A stretch of DNA of 64,000 nucleotides from an uncultured Bacteroidales bacterium. GTDB lineage: Bacteria > Bacteroidota > Bacteroidia > Bacteroidales > FEN-979. Made by a program: the position numbers and the translations under genes. The notes beneath the pieces were generated by a model, which worked only from the letters and a program-made list of their open reading frames with translations, was not told where the DNA came from and ran no database searches. Of the stretch, positions 45,597-55,459 are shown piece by piece; the first letter of the stretch is position 1; every line of letters starts with the position of its first letter. Where the stretch lies: NCBI GenBank assembly GCA_903945175.1, contig CAJAUM010000052.1:1113-65112 (forward strand). Reading direction: 5' to 3'.

Positions 45597-46115
45597 ATGA
45601 AAAAATTAGCAAAGCTATTCGCCATCGTTGCCATTATCATTGGTTGTTCATTCGCTTCTTATGCGCAAACTCCGATCAAGATTGGATACATTGATTTTAA
45701 TGCTCTGCTGGCTGGCATGCCAGGAATTGATTCGGTAAAGATTAAACTTCAAACATATCAGAAGACACTGACGGATCAAATGGATGCCATGAAAGCCGAA
45801 TTTGAAAATAAGTACCTTGATTATCAGTCCCAGTCTTCAAGCATGTCGGATTTGATCAAGCAGACAAAGGAAAAGGAATTATCTGATCTTCAGGGTCGTA
45901 TCGATGCATTCCAGCAGAAAGCCCAGCAGGATCTCCAGACAAAACAGCAGGAATTGGTTGCCCCTTTTATTGAAAAGGCAAAGACGGCCATTAAAGAGGT
46001 TGCCAAAGAAAATAAATTTACCTATGTACTCAATGCCATTGAGGACGTGGTTATTTACAAAGACGAGGCTGATGATGTTATGGCTTTAGTTAAGAAAAAA
46101 CTTGGCATTCAATAA
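45597..46115 (+). CDS. OmpH/Skp-family periplasmic chaperone (second paralog)
   Basis: Start taken at ATG 45597. Signal peptide, IGYIDFNALL..., and a coiled-coil body. Confidence 0.85.
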   Translation: MKKLAKLFAIVAIIIGCSFASYAQTPIKIGYIDFNALLAGMPGIDSVKIKLQTYQKTLTDQMDAMKAEFENKYLDYQSQSSSMSDLIKQTKEKELSDLQGRIDAFQQKAQQDLQTKQQELVAPFIEKAKTAIKEVAKENKFTYVLNAIEDVVIYKDEADDVMALVKKKLGIQ

Positions 46116-46136
46116 CTGAAATTTGCTAATAAAAGA

Positions 46137-46166
46137 GCCGGTATTGTAATAAGTACCGGCTTTTTT
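46137..46166 (+). terminator. Intrinsic terminator after the bamA-skp-skp block
   Basis: GCCGGTA-ttgtaataag-TACCGGC followed by TTTTTT. Confidence 0.8.
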
Positions 46167-46178
46167 ATTGTTTTTAAT

Positions 46179-46186
46179 TATTTTTG
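46179..46186 (+). promoter_or_regulatory. -7 box TATTTTTG for the Gfo/Idh/MocA gene
   Basis: Perfect TAnnTTTG, 22 nt upstream of ATG 46208. Confidence 0.5.
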
Positions 46187-46207
46187 GGAAACCATTCACC
46201 CATTTTT

Positions 46208-47572
46208 ATGAAAAAACGATTCAACCGCCGCGATTTTATCAAGACCGTGGCCGCCACCGGAGTTGGATTTGCCATCAGTGATCCATTGCTGGCCTCCGTT
46301 CAACGCGATTTTCAAAGCAGTGCTTTCAAGGCTATCCCTATCGCACCTCCCATGGATAAAGTCAGGATAGGCTATGTGGGTGTCGGCCTGCAAGGCACTT
46401 CGCATGTCGAAAATCTATTGAAGATTCAAGGTGCAGAGATTGTTGCAGTGTGTGATATTGTGGAGAGCCGGGTTAAGCGTGCCCAGGATATGGTTGAACA
46501 AGCCGGTTTTAAGCGGCCTGATGGATATTCAAAAACAGCGTTTGACTGGCAACGTTTATGCGAACGGAACGATGTTGACCTGGTATTTACAGCGACTCCC
46601 TGGCAATGGCATGTTCCGATCTGCCTTGCTGCGATGAACAACGGTAAGCATGCAGCCACCGAAGTCCCAGCAGCAATAAGCATGGACGAATGCTGGGAAC
46701 TGGTCGAAACTTCTGAAAAAACAGGGAAGTACTGTATCATGATGGAGAATTGCAACTACGACAAGGTGGAGATGATGATCCTGAATATGGTAAAAAAGGG
46801 ACTTTTTGGAGAGTTGGTACATGCTGAATGCGGTTACCTGCACGATTTGCGGGGGGTGAAACATGATATGGATGGTGAAGGCGTTTGGCGGCGTGATTTT
46901 TCCATGCGGAGCAACGGCGATTTTTACCCAACGCATGGTTTGGGTCCCGTGATGCAATGCATGGACATCAACAGGGGAAATTATTTTGACTATATGGTCA
47001 CCTATGGGTCTAAAACCCGTGGGTTACATGACTATGCCGTTAACAGATTTGGCCCCGACAGTGCAGAAGCACGGGAAAAGTTTATGCTCAGTGATGTGGT
47101 TACGACCTTAATCAGGACGATGAACGGGGAGACCATTGTGGTAACGCATGATACCAGTTTGCCACGTCCCTACAGCCGTAATATACTTGTACAAGGAACC
47201 AAGGGGTTGATCAGGAAATACCCGGAGCCGAAAATATATATTGAAGGGGTAAGTAAAACTGATGATCAGTGGGAGCCGATCAATGAATATATGGACAAAT
47301 ACCAGCATCCTGTATGGGTTGACCTGGAGGTTGCCAGCAAGGGAGGTGGGCATGGAGGAATGGATTTCATTGAGGACTACCGGCTGGTGAATGCCTTGCT
47401 TAAAGGGATAGAACCTGACATGGATGTATACGATGCGGTTGTCATGAGTGCTGTAAGGGTTCTCAGTGAAAAATCAATAGCCAAAGAGGGGAAAACATTA
47501 AAATTTCCAGATTTCACCAGAGGCATGTGGAAAAAATCACGCGAACTTCCTGTGATGCAGCTGACCCGCTAG
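46208..47572 (+). CDS. Tat-exported Gfo/Idh/MocA-family oxidoreductase (GH109-like)
   Basis: Start trimmed to ATG 46208. Twin-arginine signal MKKRFNRRDFIKTVAATGVGFA and Rossmann motif IGYVGVGLQG. Confidence 0.75.
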   Translation: MKKRFNRRDFIKTVAATGVGFAISDPLLASVQRDFQSSAFKAIPIAPPMDKVRIGYVGVGLQGTSHVENLLKIQGAEIVAVCDIVESRVKRAQDMVEQAGFKRPDGYSKTAFDWQRLCERNDVDLVFTATPWQWHVPICLAAMNNGKHAATEVPAAISMDECWELVETSEKTGKYCIMMENCNYDKVEMMILNMVKKGLFGELVHAECGYLHDLRGVKHDMDGEGVWRRDFSMRSNGDFYPTHGLGPVMQCMDINRGNYFDYMVTYGSKTRGLHDYAVNRFGPDSAEAREKFMLSDVVTTLIRTMNGETIVVTHDTSLPRPYSRNILVQGTKGLIRKYPEPKIYIEGVSKTDDQWEPINEYMDKYQHPVWVDLEVASKGGGHGGMDFIEDYRLVNALLKGIEPDMDVYDAVVMSAVRVLSEKSIAKEGKTLKFPDFTRGMWKKSRELPVMQLTR

Positions 47573-47601
47573 TTAAAAGGGTTTGAATTACATAGTCAAT
47601 G

Positions 47602-49089
47602 CTAGGCGGGTTGCATCGGGAAAAATCGCAGGAAGTGGCATTGCCATGGTTTCAACGATACGTAAAGCCCGTTAAGCTGGAGGTCATCCCCACTGCGTTC
47701 AAAGGTGATTTCATTTAGCTGATCATTGAGCCTCCATGTTCTGCCTTGCAATTCACGGAATGGAATCCTGATTCGCCCTTGGGTTGCCTCTCCTGAATAA
47801 TTGACTGCAATTAGGAAGAGGTCATCCGCATCGCTCCAGCACCATGCCAGGAGATTTTTAAAACTGTCATTATCCTGCCATCCGAAGCAATCGCAAAGTT
47901 GCCAGTTCCCATTTTTAAATGCAGGATGATGAATGGAGAGAAGCAACCGCCTGAAAAAATTGTACAAATCTGAATCAACAGGCTCTTCGGGCCGGCGCTG
48001 AAGAAAAACCGGCAATTTTACTTTTCGTCCTTCAAATTGTCCTTCGTGGTAAAGTTTCGCTCCTGGAAGGGTGGAGGATATTACAACAGCTGCCCTGTTT
48101 TTCCCCTGTGGAAACGCAATCACATGTCGGGGTTCGTCATGGTTTTCGACAAAGCGAATCATTTTTGACTGATAGTCTGTATCAGCCATCAGATGAAGAC
48201 GGATATTCTGTGCATTGTCATGTTCCAGCCTGTCATACAGCCGTTTGTCGTAACAATAATCAAATCCCTGCTGCTGTAAAGCCCATTCCTTATCCCAGTA
48301 AGCCTCAGCAATGAAGATAAAATCGGGGTTGCTCCGTTTCACAGCAGGAATAAGCTCTTCCCAGTATTCATATTCAGGTAGTGAACCGGCACGCACTCCC
48401 CAGGTTTGTTTGAAAATATCGTTCATGACCAACATAGCCATATCGCAACGGACGCCGTCACATTGCTTAGCAAGTCGGGTGACCGTTTCAACCACGGCTT
48501 CCCGCAGATCAGGGTGGAATGCATTGATCTGGAGGACATCCTGCCAGGCAGGGTAGAATGGATCTTTTCCACAGGCGAAGATCGTGTTACCGATCTTTGC
48601 AAATGTTATCGGATCCTTGCGCAAATCCTCCTCGTTCCCATGGATAAAATAATCAGGAGATTCAAAAACCCAGGGATGGTCGTGGGAAAGGTGGTTGGGC
48701 ACAAAATCAAGGATGAGTTTTATTCCGCGCTGTGCAAGCCGGGCGCGTGCCAACGCCAAACCTTCATTGCCTCCAAGTTGTTCGTCAACCTGATAACCTC
48801 TGATGCAGTAAGGAGATCCAACATTGTCGGCCGGGGTAAAATCGGGTAATGCCCTGTGAAAATCGGCCAGGTTTCCAGGATGACTGTTTGAAATGGCGAT
48901 TCCCCGGGGGCTCCGTTGCCATACGCCCATCAGCCAGATGGCTTCAATGTTCAGATGTGCAAATGCATCCCAGGTTTCCTCCGGCACATTTGCCAGGGTA
49001 ATATGAATATTCATTTTTCTACTCAACTCCCACAGCCAAACCCAGGTGTTGATTTCAAAGACAATGGGATTTTTTTTCCAGGGCTCCAT
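47602..49089 (-). CDS. Alpha-amylase-family (GH13-like) glycoside hydrolase
   Basis: LILDFVPNH and GVRCDMA are catalytic-region motifs. No signal peptide. Confidence 0.7.
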   Translation of the reverse strand: MEPWKKNPIVFEINTWVWLWELSRKMNIHITLANVPEETWDAFAHLNIEAIWLMGVWQRSPRGIAISNSHPGNLADFHRALPDFTPADNVGSPYCIRGYQVDEQLGGNEGLALARARLAQRGIKLILDFVPNHLSHDHPWVFESPDYFIHGNEEDLRKDPITFAKIGNTIFACGKDPFYPAWQDVLQINAFHPDLREAVVETVTRLAKQCDGVRCDMAMLVMNDIFKQTWGVRAGSLPEYEYWEELIPAVKRSNPDFIFIAEAYWDKEWALQQQGFDYCYDKRLYDRLEHDNAQNIRLHLMADTDYQSKMIRFVENHDEPRHVIAFPQGKNRAAVVISSTLPGAKLYHEGQFEGRKVKLPVFLQRRPEEPVDSDLYNFFRRLLLSIHHPAFKNGNWQLCDCFGWQDNDSFKNLLAWCWSDADDLFLIAVNYSGEATQGRIRIPFRELQGRTWRLNDQLNEITFERSGDDLQLNGLYVSLKPWQCHFLRFFPMQPA

Positions 49090-49146
49090 AGGCTTAGTTA
49101 TGATTGGTCACAGCCTGATTCCTCTACATTGGGTGAATGGGCCGGA

Positions 49147-49944
49147 TCATGTGTGATCTACTTTCCAGGCAGCAAGATGCGAGGCGATAAATTCGATGAT
49201 CTGCTGGTGTTCCTCTTTCCCCGAACCATGAACGGTCATGGGCTCACCAAAAGCAATATGTACCGGTTTATTCCGATCGATTGGCCCCAGGTATTTCGAA
49301 CGACTCCCGAAACCCCAGAAATCCGTTTTGATTGCAACAGGAATAACCTGAACACCTGCTTTTATGGCCAGTTTTGTGCCGAGAGAATTAAATTCGGAGG
49401 GATGAAATTCCGCTCTTCGGGTACTTTGAGGAAAAATAACGATCGAAATGTTGTTATTCAGTCTTTCTATCCCCTGTTCCATGATGATCCGGAAATCTTC
49501 ACGCGGATTTGAGCGACTTAGGACGATGGGATTTCGCGACGCCATGACATCCTTGAATGCCCAGTGTTTCACAAGTTCATTCTTGACTACAAACGTAATG
49601 TTTTTCAAGGGTTGGATGATGCCAGGGAATATCATCGTTTCAAGCGTGCTCATGTGGTTGCTCAAAATCAGTGCCGGCCCCTGGCTGTTAAGGATGTGGT
49701 TCATTCCAGTGATGTGGATCCGTCCGCCGCAACGTTCCACATCAGTAAAAATATCATGGGAGGTTTCGACCCACTGGAGTGTGCCATACCGTTTATTTCG
49801 TGCTAAATATCTCGATTTAAAAACAGTCTTTAAAAAAAGAGCGGTGAAAATAAAACGGGAATTGAATGTCAGCCTGTCAACAAGCAGATGTGGAGTATTT
49901 TCAGGGGTATGATATTCATTGTCGGCAGTAATATCTGGACGCAT
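49147..49944 (-). CDS. Lysophospholipid (1-acyl-sn-glycerol-3-phosphate) acyltransferase family protein
   Basis: Start trimmed to ATG 49944. The acyltransferase block reads ILSNHMSTLET; FPQSTR and VIPVAIK blocks are also present. Confidence 0.7.
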   Translation of the reverse strand: MRPDITADNEYHTPENTPHLLVDRLTFNSRFIFTALFLKTVFKSRYLARNKRYGTLQWVETSHDIFTDVERCGGRIHITGMNHILNSQGPALILSNHMSTLETMIFPGIIQPLKNITFVVKNELVKHWAFKDVMASRNPIVLSRSNPREDFRIIMEQGIERLNNNISIVIFPQSTRRAEFHPSEFNSLGTKLAIKAGVQVIPVAIKTDFWGFGSRSKYLGPIDRNKPVHIAFGEPMTVHGSGKEEHQQIIEFIASHLAAWKVDHT

Positions 49945-50038
49945 TTTTTTGATCAGTTTACAATTCGTAGCTCGGTTCAATCTTTAATCTTGCAGCCCTT
50001 CCCGGGAGAAATTTCGAAAATCAAAGATAGGGAGTTTT

Positions 50039-50557
50039 TTAGTCTTGATCATACCAGCTGGCGTACATGTTGTAATTTTTTGAGATGCGGTTCACCTGCC
50101 CTTCAAGCAAAGACTGGTCAATATCTTTCACTTTTCGAGCAGGCAATCCGGCCCATACAGAGCCAGATTCTACAATCGTACCTTCTGTAATCAATGCACC
50201 CGCCCCCACGATGGAATTGCTGTTGATCACCGCTCCGTCCATGAGAATGGCACCCATGCCAATCAGAACATTGTCATGTATGGTGCACCCATGTATGATG
50301 GCATTGTGTGCAATTGATACGTTGTTGCCAATGTTCACAGGGGCTTTCTGATAGGTACAATGGATGATGGCGCCATCCTGGATGTTCACATTGTTGCCGA
50401 TGCGGATGGAATGTACATCCCCGCGAACCACGGCATTGAACCAAATACTGCAATCATTGCCCATTACAACATCTCCGGTAAGCGTTGCATTGTCGGCAAG
50501 AAAGCATCTTTCTCCCATTTTAGGCAGAACACCTTTAACTGATTTAATGAATGCCAT
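50039..50557 (-). CDS. Gamma-carbonic-anhydrase-family (left-handed beta-helix) protein
   Basis: Hexapeptide repeats with His ligands (...IHCT...AHNAIIHGC...), 172 aa. Confidence 0.8.
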   Translation of the reverse strand: MAFIKSVKGVLPKMGERCFLADNATLTGDVVMGNDCSIWFNAVVRGDVHSIRIGNNVNIQDGAIIHCTYQKAPVNIGNNVSIAHNAIIHGCTIHDNVLIGMGAILMDGAVINSNSIVGAGALITEGTIVESGSVWAGLPARKVKDIDQSLLEGQVNRISKNYNMYASWYDQD

Positions 50558-50604
50558 GTTCTGATTGGTTTTTCAGATTGTTTTGTACCATCCTGTCAGG
50601 GCGG

Positions 50605-52185
50605 TTATCCTCCCTTTTTAGGAATGGGTCTTGGATAGTCAAGCGAGTAGTGCAATCCCCTGCTTTCATGACGGCCTCGGGCAGCCTTGATGATCAGGTA
50701 CCCGATGTTAATGAGGTTACGCAGTTCACATAATTTTGGTGTAAGAATGGATTTGCTATAGAGCTCTTCCGATTCGCGATAGAGCAGTTCGAGACGGTCG
50801 AATGCGCGTTGCAGCCGGAGATTTGAACGTACGATGCCGACATAACTGCTCATGATTGCCTGAAGTTCTTTCAATGATTGGGTAATCAGCACCATCTCTT
50901 CATTGAGAACCATTCCCTCTGCATCCCAGTCAGGTATTTCAAGGCAGTGGTTGATTTTTTTGATTTGATTGATGGCTTCGACACTGGCTCTATGGGAAAA
51001 CACAAGCGATTCGAGCAGCGAGTTCGATGCAAGCCGGTTGGCCCCATGAAGCCCTGTTGATGTGCATTCACCTGAAGCAAACAGGTTGATGATGGAACTG
51101 CGTCCGGATTCATCCACTTTAATGCCGCCACAGGTATAATGTGCAGTGGGTACCACCGGGATCATATCCTTACTGATGTCGATGCCGACGGAGAGACATT
51201 TGGCATAGATGGTTGGAAAGTGGTTGATCAATTCATTCTTTTTCAGATGGCGGCAATCGAGAAAAAGGTAATCTTCGCCACTTAATTTTAGTTCATTGTC
51301 AATGGCCCGTGCCACAATATCGCGCGGGGCAAGTGAAAGCCGTGCATCGTATTTGTGCATGAATTCCTTCCCGTCGCGGGTTTTCAGTACGGCCCCAAAT
51401 CCCCTTAGTGCTTCCGTAATCAGGAAGGCAGGTTTTTCCTCCGGATGATATAGCGCAGTGGGATGAAATTGAATGAATTCCATGTTTTCCACTGCCCCTT
51501 TGGCACGGTAAACCATGGCAATGCCGTCGCCGGTTGAAATAAGCGGGTTTGTGGTATTGTTGTATACGTTTCCGGAGCCTCCCGTGGCGAGGAGTGTTAT
51601 TTTCGACAAGACAGTGTCAACCAGGCGGGTCACGGGATTCATGACAAAGGCCCCAAAACAGGCCAGGTCTTTTGTTCGGCTGTTGACCTCCATCCCAAGA
51701 TGGTGCTGGGTGATGATGTCGATGGTGAAATGATTTTCAAGAATTTCGATGTTCGGGTGCTTTTTAACCTGTTCCAGCAGTTTATTTTCTATTTCCCTGC
51801 CGGTACTGTCTTTGTGATGAAGTACACGGTATTCCGAATGTCCGCCCTCTTTTGCCAGGTCGTACCTCCCCGACGTCGTTTTGTCGAATTTTATACCCCA
51901 TTTAACAAGTTCCCTGATCCGTTCTGTTGATTCGCTTATGGTAAAGCGAACAACCTCTTCATTGCATAAACCATCGCCTGCGATGATCGTATCCTGGATA
52001 TGCTTTTCAAACGAATCGGGAGTGTACATGACCGCTGCAATGCCTCCCTGTGCCCAACTGGTGGCGGTATCATCCATCCTCGATTTTGTGACTATACAAA
52101 CCTTTCCATGCTTTGCCACCTTGATGGCAAAAGTGAGACCAGCAATTCCGGATCCTATTACCAGGAAATCAACCTTCTTTCTCAT
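50605..52185 (-). CDS. nadB: L-aspartate oxidase
   Basis: FAD motif DFLVIGSGIAGL, TSWAQGGIAAV, and the HYTCGGI region. Confidence 0.9.
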   Translation of the reverse strand: MRKKVDFLVIGSGIAGLTFAIKVAKHGKVCIVTKSRMDDTATSWAQGGIAAVMYTPDSFEKHIQDTIIAGDGLCNEEVVRFTISESTERIRELVKWGIKFDKTTSGRYDLAKEGGHSEYRVLHHKDSTGREIENKLLEQVKKHPNIEILENHFTIDIITQHHLGMEVNSRTKDLACFGAFVMNPVTRLVDTVLSKITLLATGGSGNVYNNTTNPLISTGDGIAMVYRAKGAVENMEFIQFHPTALYHPEEKPAFLITEALRGFGAVLKTRDGKEFMHKYDARLSLAPRDIVARAIDNELKLSGEDYLFLDCRHLKKNELINHFPTIYAKCLSVGIDISKDMIPVVPTAHYTCGGIKVDESGRSSIINLFASGECTSTGLHGANRLASNSLLESLVFSHRASVEAINQIKKINHCLEIPDWDAEGMVLNEEMVLITQSLKELQAIMSSYVGIVRSNLRLQRAFDRLELLYRESEELYSKSILTPKLCELRNLINIGYLIIKAARGRHESRGLHYSLDYPRPIPKKGG

Positions 52186-52193
52186 GACTTTTT

Positions 52194-53402
52194 TTAAAGG
52201 TCCAACAGTAATTTTATAGGATCAATGCCTTCAGTCAGCATTTTGGAAGGGTCTTCGATCAGTTCTTTCACCTTCACAAGAAAGCTGACCGATTCGCGAC
52301 CATCGATTACACGGTGATCATAGGAGAGCGCAACATACATCATGGGAGCGATGACCACCTGCCCGTTGACTGCTACAGGCCGATCCTGGATCTTGTGCAT
52401 GCCAAGAATGGCGCTTTGCGGCGGATTCAGAATGGGGGTCGACATCATCGATCCGAATACACCTCCATTGGTGATGGTAAATGTGCCGCCCTTCATATCA
52501 TCAATCGATATTTTATTATCACGCGCCTTCCCGGCAAGTTCCTTGATCTTTATTTCAATTTCGGAAATACTCATCGATTCAACATTGCGTAACACCGGAA
52601 CCACCAGCCCTTTTGGAGCGCTGACGGCAATCCCGATATCCACATAGCGCGGTGTAACCAATTCATCCCCATCGATCAGGGAGTTGACCTGTGGAAATTC
52701 CTTCAGCGCTATGGTGACAGCCTTTGTGAAGATTGACATGAGTCCAATTCCAACACCATAACGTTCCTTAAAAGGTTCACTGTATTTTTCCTTTATTTTC
52801 AGAGCCGCCAGCATGTTAACCTCATTGAAGGTGGTGAGCATGGCCGTTTGATTCTTTACCGAGACCAGTCGCTCTGCAAGCTTTAACCGCAGGGTGGTCA
52901 TCTTCTTGCGCTCCTCATCCCTTGTTCCGGTAAATGTCATGGTTGCAGTCCCCTCTTTTTTACGGCTGATAAACGATTCGATGTCCTTGCGGGTGATTTT
53001 TTTTCCGGGGAAGGCGGTGGTGAGTTCATTGGGATTTACATGTTTCTCTTCGATAATTTTGCGGGCAAGGGGAGAGGCATGCATTCCTGTCGGCGAAACA
53101 GGGACTTGAGGTGTCGCAGATATATTTGCTGGAGAAATTTTAGCCTGGGGAACCGGATTGTGTCCGCTTATCTTCTCAATAATGGCCAGTAATGCCCCAA
53201 CAGCCAAGGTCTCCCCCTCCTGGGCCATGACCTTTATTACCCCCGCTTCAGGGCTCGTAACCGGAAATGAGGCTTTGTCGGAATCGATTTCAACGATTTC
53301 CTGGTCTTTTTCAACCATATCGCCATTGGTTACCAACCATTTGGCCAATTGCACCTGGGTTATGGATTCTCCGGGACTGGGAACTATGATCTCTATTGCC
53401 AT
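52194..53402 (-). CDS. sucB: 2-oxoglutarate dehydrogenase E2 (dihydrolipoyllysine-residue succinyltransferase)
   Basis: Lipoyl domain ([13 protein letters not shown]), a PSBD-like linker, and a catalytic domain with SYDHRVIDG. Confidence 0.9.
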   Translation of the reverse strand: MAIEIIVPSPGESITQVQLAKWLVTNGDMVEKDQEIVEIDSDKASFPVTSPEAGVIKVMAQEGETLAVGALLAIIEKISGHNPVPQAKISPANISATPQVPVSPTGMHASPLARKIIEEKHVNPNELTTAFPGKKITRKDIESFISRKKEGTATMTFTGTRDEERKKMTTLRLKLAERLVSVKNQTAMLTTFNEVNMLAALKIKEKYSEPFKERYGVGIGLMSIFTKAVTIALKEFPQVNSLIDGDELVTPRYVDIGIAVSAPKGLVVPVLRNVESMSISEIEIKIKELAGKARDNKISIDDMKGGTFTITNGGVFGSMMSTPILNPPQSAILGMHKIQDRPVAVNGQVVIAPMMYVALSYDHRVIDGRESVSFLVKVKELIEDPSKMLTEGIDPIKLLLDL

Positions 53403-53405
53403 CTA

Positions 53406-53597
53406 TCAGTGATTTAGTAATAAACTATGATATTTTTTCTCTTTTCCCCTGACATCTTTCAATGAGTCAATTTTTGCCTGGTCAGGGGCCGGATGGACAA
53501 TGCGTTTTGTGTCGCTTTTCACCGGGGGGTGCTGCTGATGGCACGATACCCATCCAAAAAGGAAAACAAAGTTAACCAGCAATAACAAGCTTTTCAT
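53406..53597 (-). CDS. Small His-rich lipoprotein (hypothetical)
   Basis: MKSLLLLVNFVFLFGWVSC lipobox; the mature peptide is about 44 aa. The stop lies 3 nt before the sucB ATG, and the start overlaps the 3' end of the upstream T9SS gene. Confidence 0.4.
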   Translation of the reverse strand: MKSLLLLVNFVFLFGWVSCHQQHPPVKSDTKRIVHPAPDQAKIDSLKDVRGKEKKYHSLLLNH

Positions 53598-55437
53598 TTT
53601 TAATGATCGCATCATCTGTTTTTAGAATTATAAAATATATTCCGGGAAGAAGATTTTCTTTATTGAAGGAGAAATTGTTTTTCCCCTTTTGTCCACGCCC
53701 CGAAAAAAGTTCTTTGATGAGTTTTCCGTTTCCATCCAGGATACTGATCTTGACTGTGCCTGGTGAGGGAAGTTCAAATTCCAATGAAAACCGGTTATTT
53801 GCAGGATTGGGGAACAGATGCAACGGCTTTTGATCTGAGGCTGTTTCAATGATTCCGCTTGAGGTTCCATATACCTCTGCAATCCATGTGTCCCAAACGT
53901 TTTTGTTATTGCCGAACATACCGCTAAGCCAAATGGTTGGCCTGGTTGCATTGTGCTGCCTGCAGGTTCCACTGTAATCTCCCCATCGTTCGGGATCACC
54001 GGTATAGGAAACATAGGCATCGCCTGCCCTGATCTCTGTTGATCCTGACCAGTTGAAGTCGTGGTCGCAGTTAACCACGCGAATGGAAGGGAATGTGGTG
54101 GAACTTGATTTCAAAAAGCCGATCATCACCGATTTATCGGTTTTATCCGTTGCAAAGGATGATACCGAAGGATAGCAATAATCGGATCCATTCAAACCAA
54201 AGGTGGTAGACTGGTTTGTCAAGGCGGAGACATCCAACCTGTTATAGTTGACGCCGCAATATCCGTCGGCATATACAGCATTGAATACAAAATGGGCGGT
54301 ACCTTCCAGGTAGAAGCCGCTGAGCATACGGCAATCATTGGTGTTGAGTTTTACTGCCGTGCCCGATTGCAAGGCGTCCGGGGCAACTTTATACGGTGTG
54401 ACATTGACCGGATGGTACTCCAGTTTTTCATCAGCAGCCGACATGTCGTCGGTGAGGTTATAAAAGTGTATCAGCGATGCATCCGATGATTCACTGGCCA
54501 CAAAATAGCATCCTGGTCCATAGTTTCCTTGTTGTCCCCAGGACAGTGGCGTAATCGTAAATGGGCCACCGGCAATATCTTTCCAGAACTGCCAGTTGAG
54601 TGTTTCTCCGTTATATCCCGGATTTTTAGGTATCTGGTAAATTACCGATTGGTCATAATTGCCATTGTCCAAATACAGATTCCCGGTTATATAGAGTTCG
54701 TTGGTGGATACTGCCAACTTCGGATAATCAAAGGCACCTCCATTGCCCAGGGGATTTCCGGTGAGCTTATAGTACCACCACCCATCCGAGGGGTTATTTG
54801 TTTTGGAGAAAAAGATAAGCAGTTTTGATTTGGTGGAGTTCAGCGGTGAAACCTGACAGAAAAAGATAAACCGGTCGGAACCCGAATCATAAATTACCAC
54901 CGGATCACATACTCCTTCGATGGCTGCGTCACCAATGAAAGAGATTAGATCATTGAAATAGATATTCTGTCCCTGCATATTGTCGTATTCGATGGTTGTA
55001 TTGGCCACGCTCACGATGATGCCATTGTTTGATATGGCCAGGGAATTGTCAAGGGGAGACATGTCGTTGTTTGTGTTCCCGGCGAAATTTGATCCGATGG
55101 TGGGGACGACACTTTGTGATCCATTTTCAACTCCCGTTACTTTTTTTGCCTCTTGTTGAAGTTTCATTTTCAATCGTTCGGCTTTGAGCCGTTGCACGGC
55201 TGAATCTGGTTTTGACCTATGCATGATACGAATCGGACTCATCACAGGTTTCCATTGGAGATCGACCCCCGGATTGTTCATGAATCCTGCACAAGGAGTT
55301 GTAATGATCTTTGATTTAACTCCATTGCCTTGCGGGCTGGTTTGTGGGTTGTCCGCCATCCGAACTTTGTTATGCTGGGCATTGGCAGCCATTGCGAATG
55401 AAAAAGCAAGTCCGAGTAAAAGCATCAATGGTTTCAT
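53572..55437 (-). CDS. T9SS type-A sorting-domain protein of unknown function
   Basis: Signal peptide MKPLMLLLGLAFSFAMAANAQ. The C-terminal tail LFPNPANNRFSLEFELPSPGTVKISILDGNGKLIKEL...GIYFIILKTDDAIIKNEKLVI is of the Por_Secre_tail type. Confidence 0.75.
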   Translation of the reverse strand: MKPLMLLLGLAFSFAMAANAQHNKVRMADNPQTSPQGNGVKSKIITTPCAGFMNNPGVDLQWKPVMSPIRIMHRSKPDSAVQRLKAERLKMKLQQEAKKVTGVENGSQSVVPTIGSNFAGNTNNDMSPLDNSLAISNNGIIVSVANTTIEYDNMQGQNIYFNDLISFIGDAAIEGVCDPVVIYDSGSDRFIFFCQVSPLNSTKSKLLIFFSKTNNPSDGWWYYKLTGNPLGNGGAFDYPKLAVSTNELYITGNLYLDNGNYDQSVIYQIPKNPGYNGETLNWQFWKDIAGGPFTITPLSWGQQGNYGPGCYFVASESSDASLIHFYNLTDDMSAADEKLEYHPVNVTPYKVAPDALQSGTAVKLNTNDCRMLSGFYLEGTAHFVFNAVYADGYCGVNYNRLDVSALTNQSTTFGLNGSDYCYPSVSSFATDKTDKSVMIGFLKSSSTTFPSIRVVNCDHDFNWSGSTEIRAGDAYVSYTGDPERWGDYSGTCRQHNATRPTIWLSGMFGNNKNVWDTWIAEVYGTSSGIIETASDQKPLHLFPNPANNRFSLEFELPSPGTVKISILDGNGKLIKELFSGRGQKGKNNFSFNKENLLPGIYFIILKTDDAIIKNEKLVIAG

Positions 55438-55459
55438 GGTACTTGGTTTTAGTTAAAGA

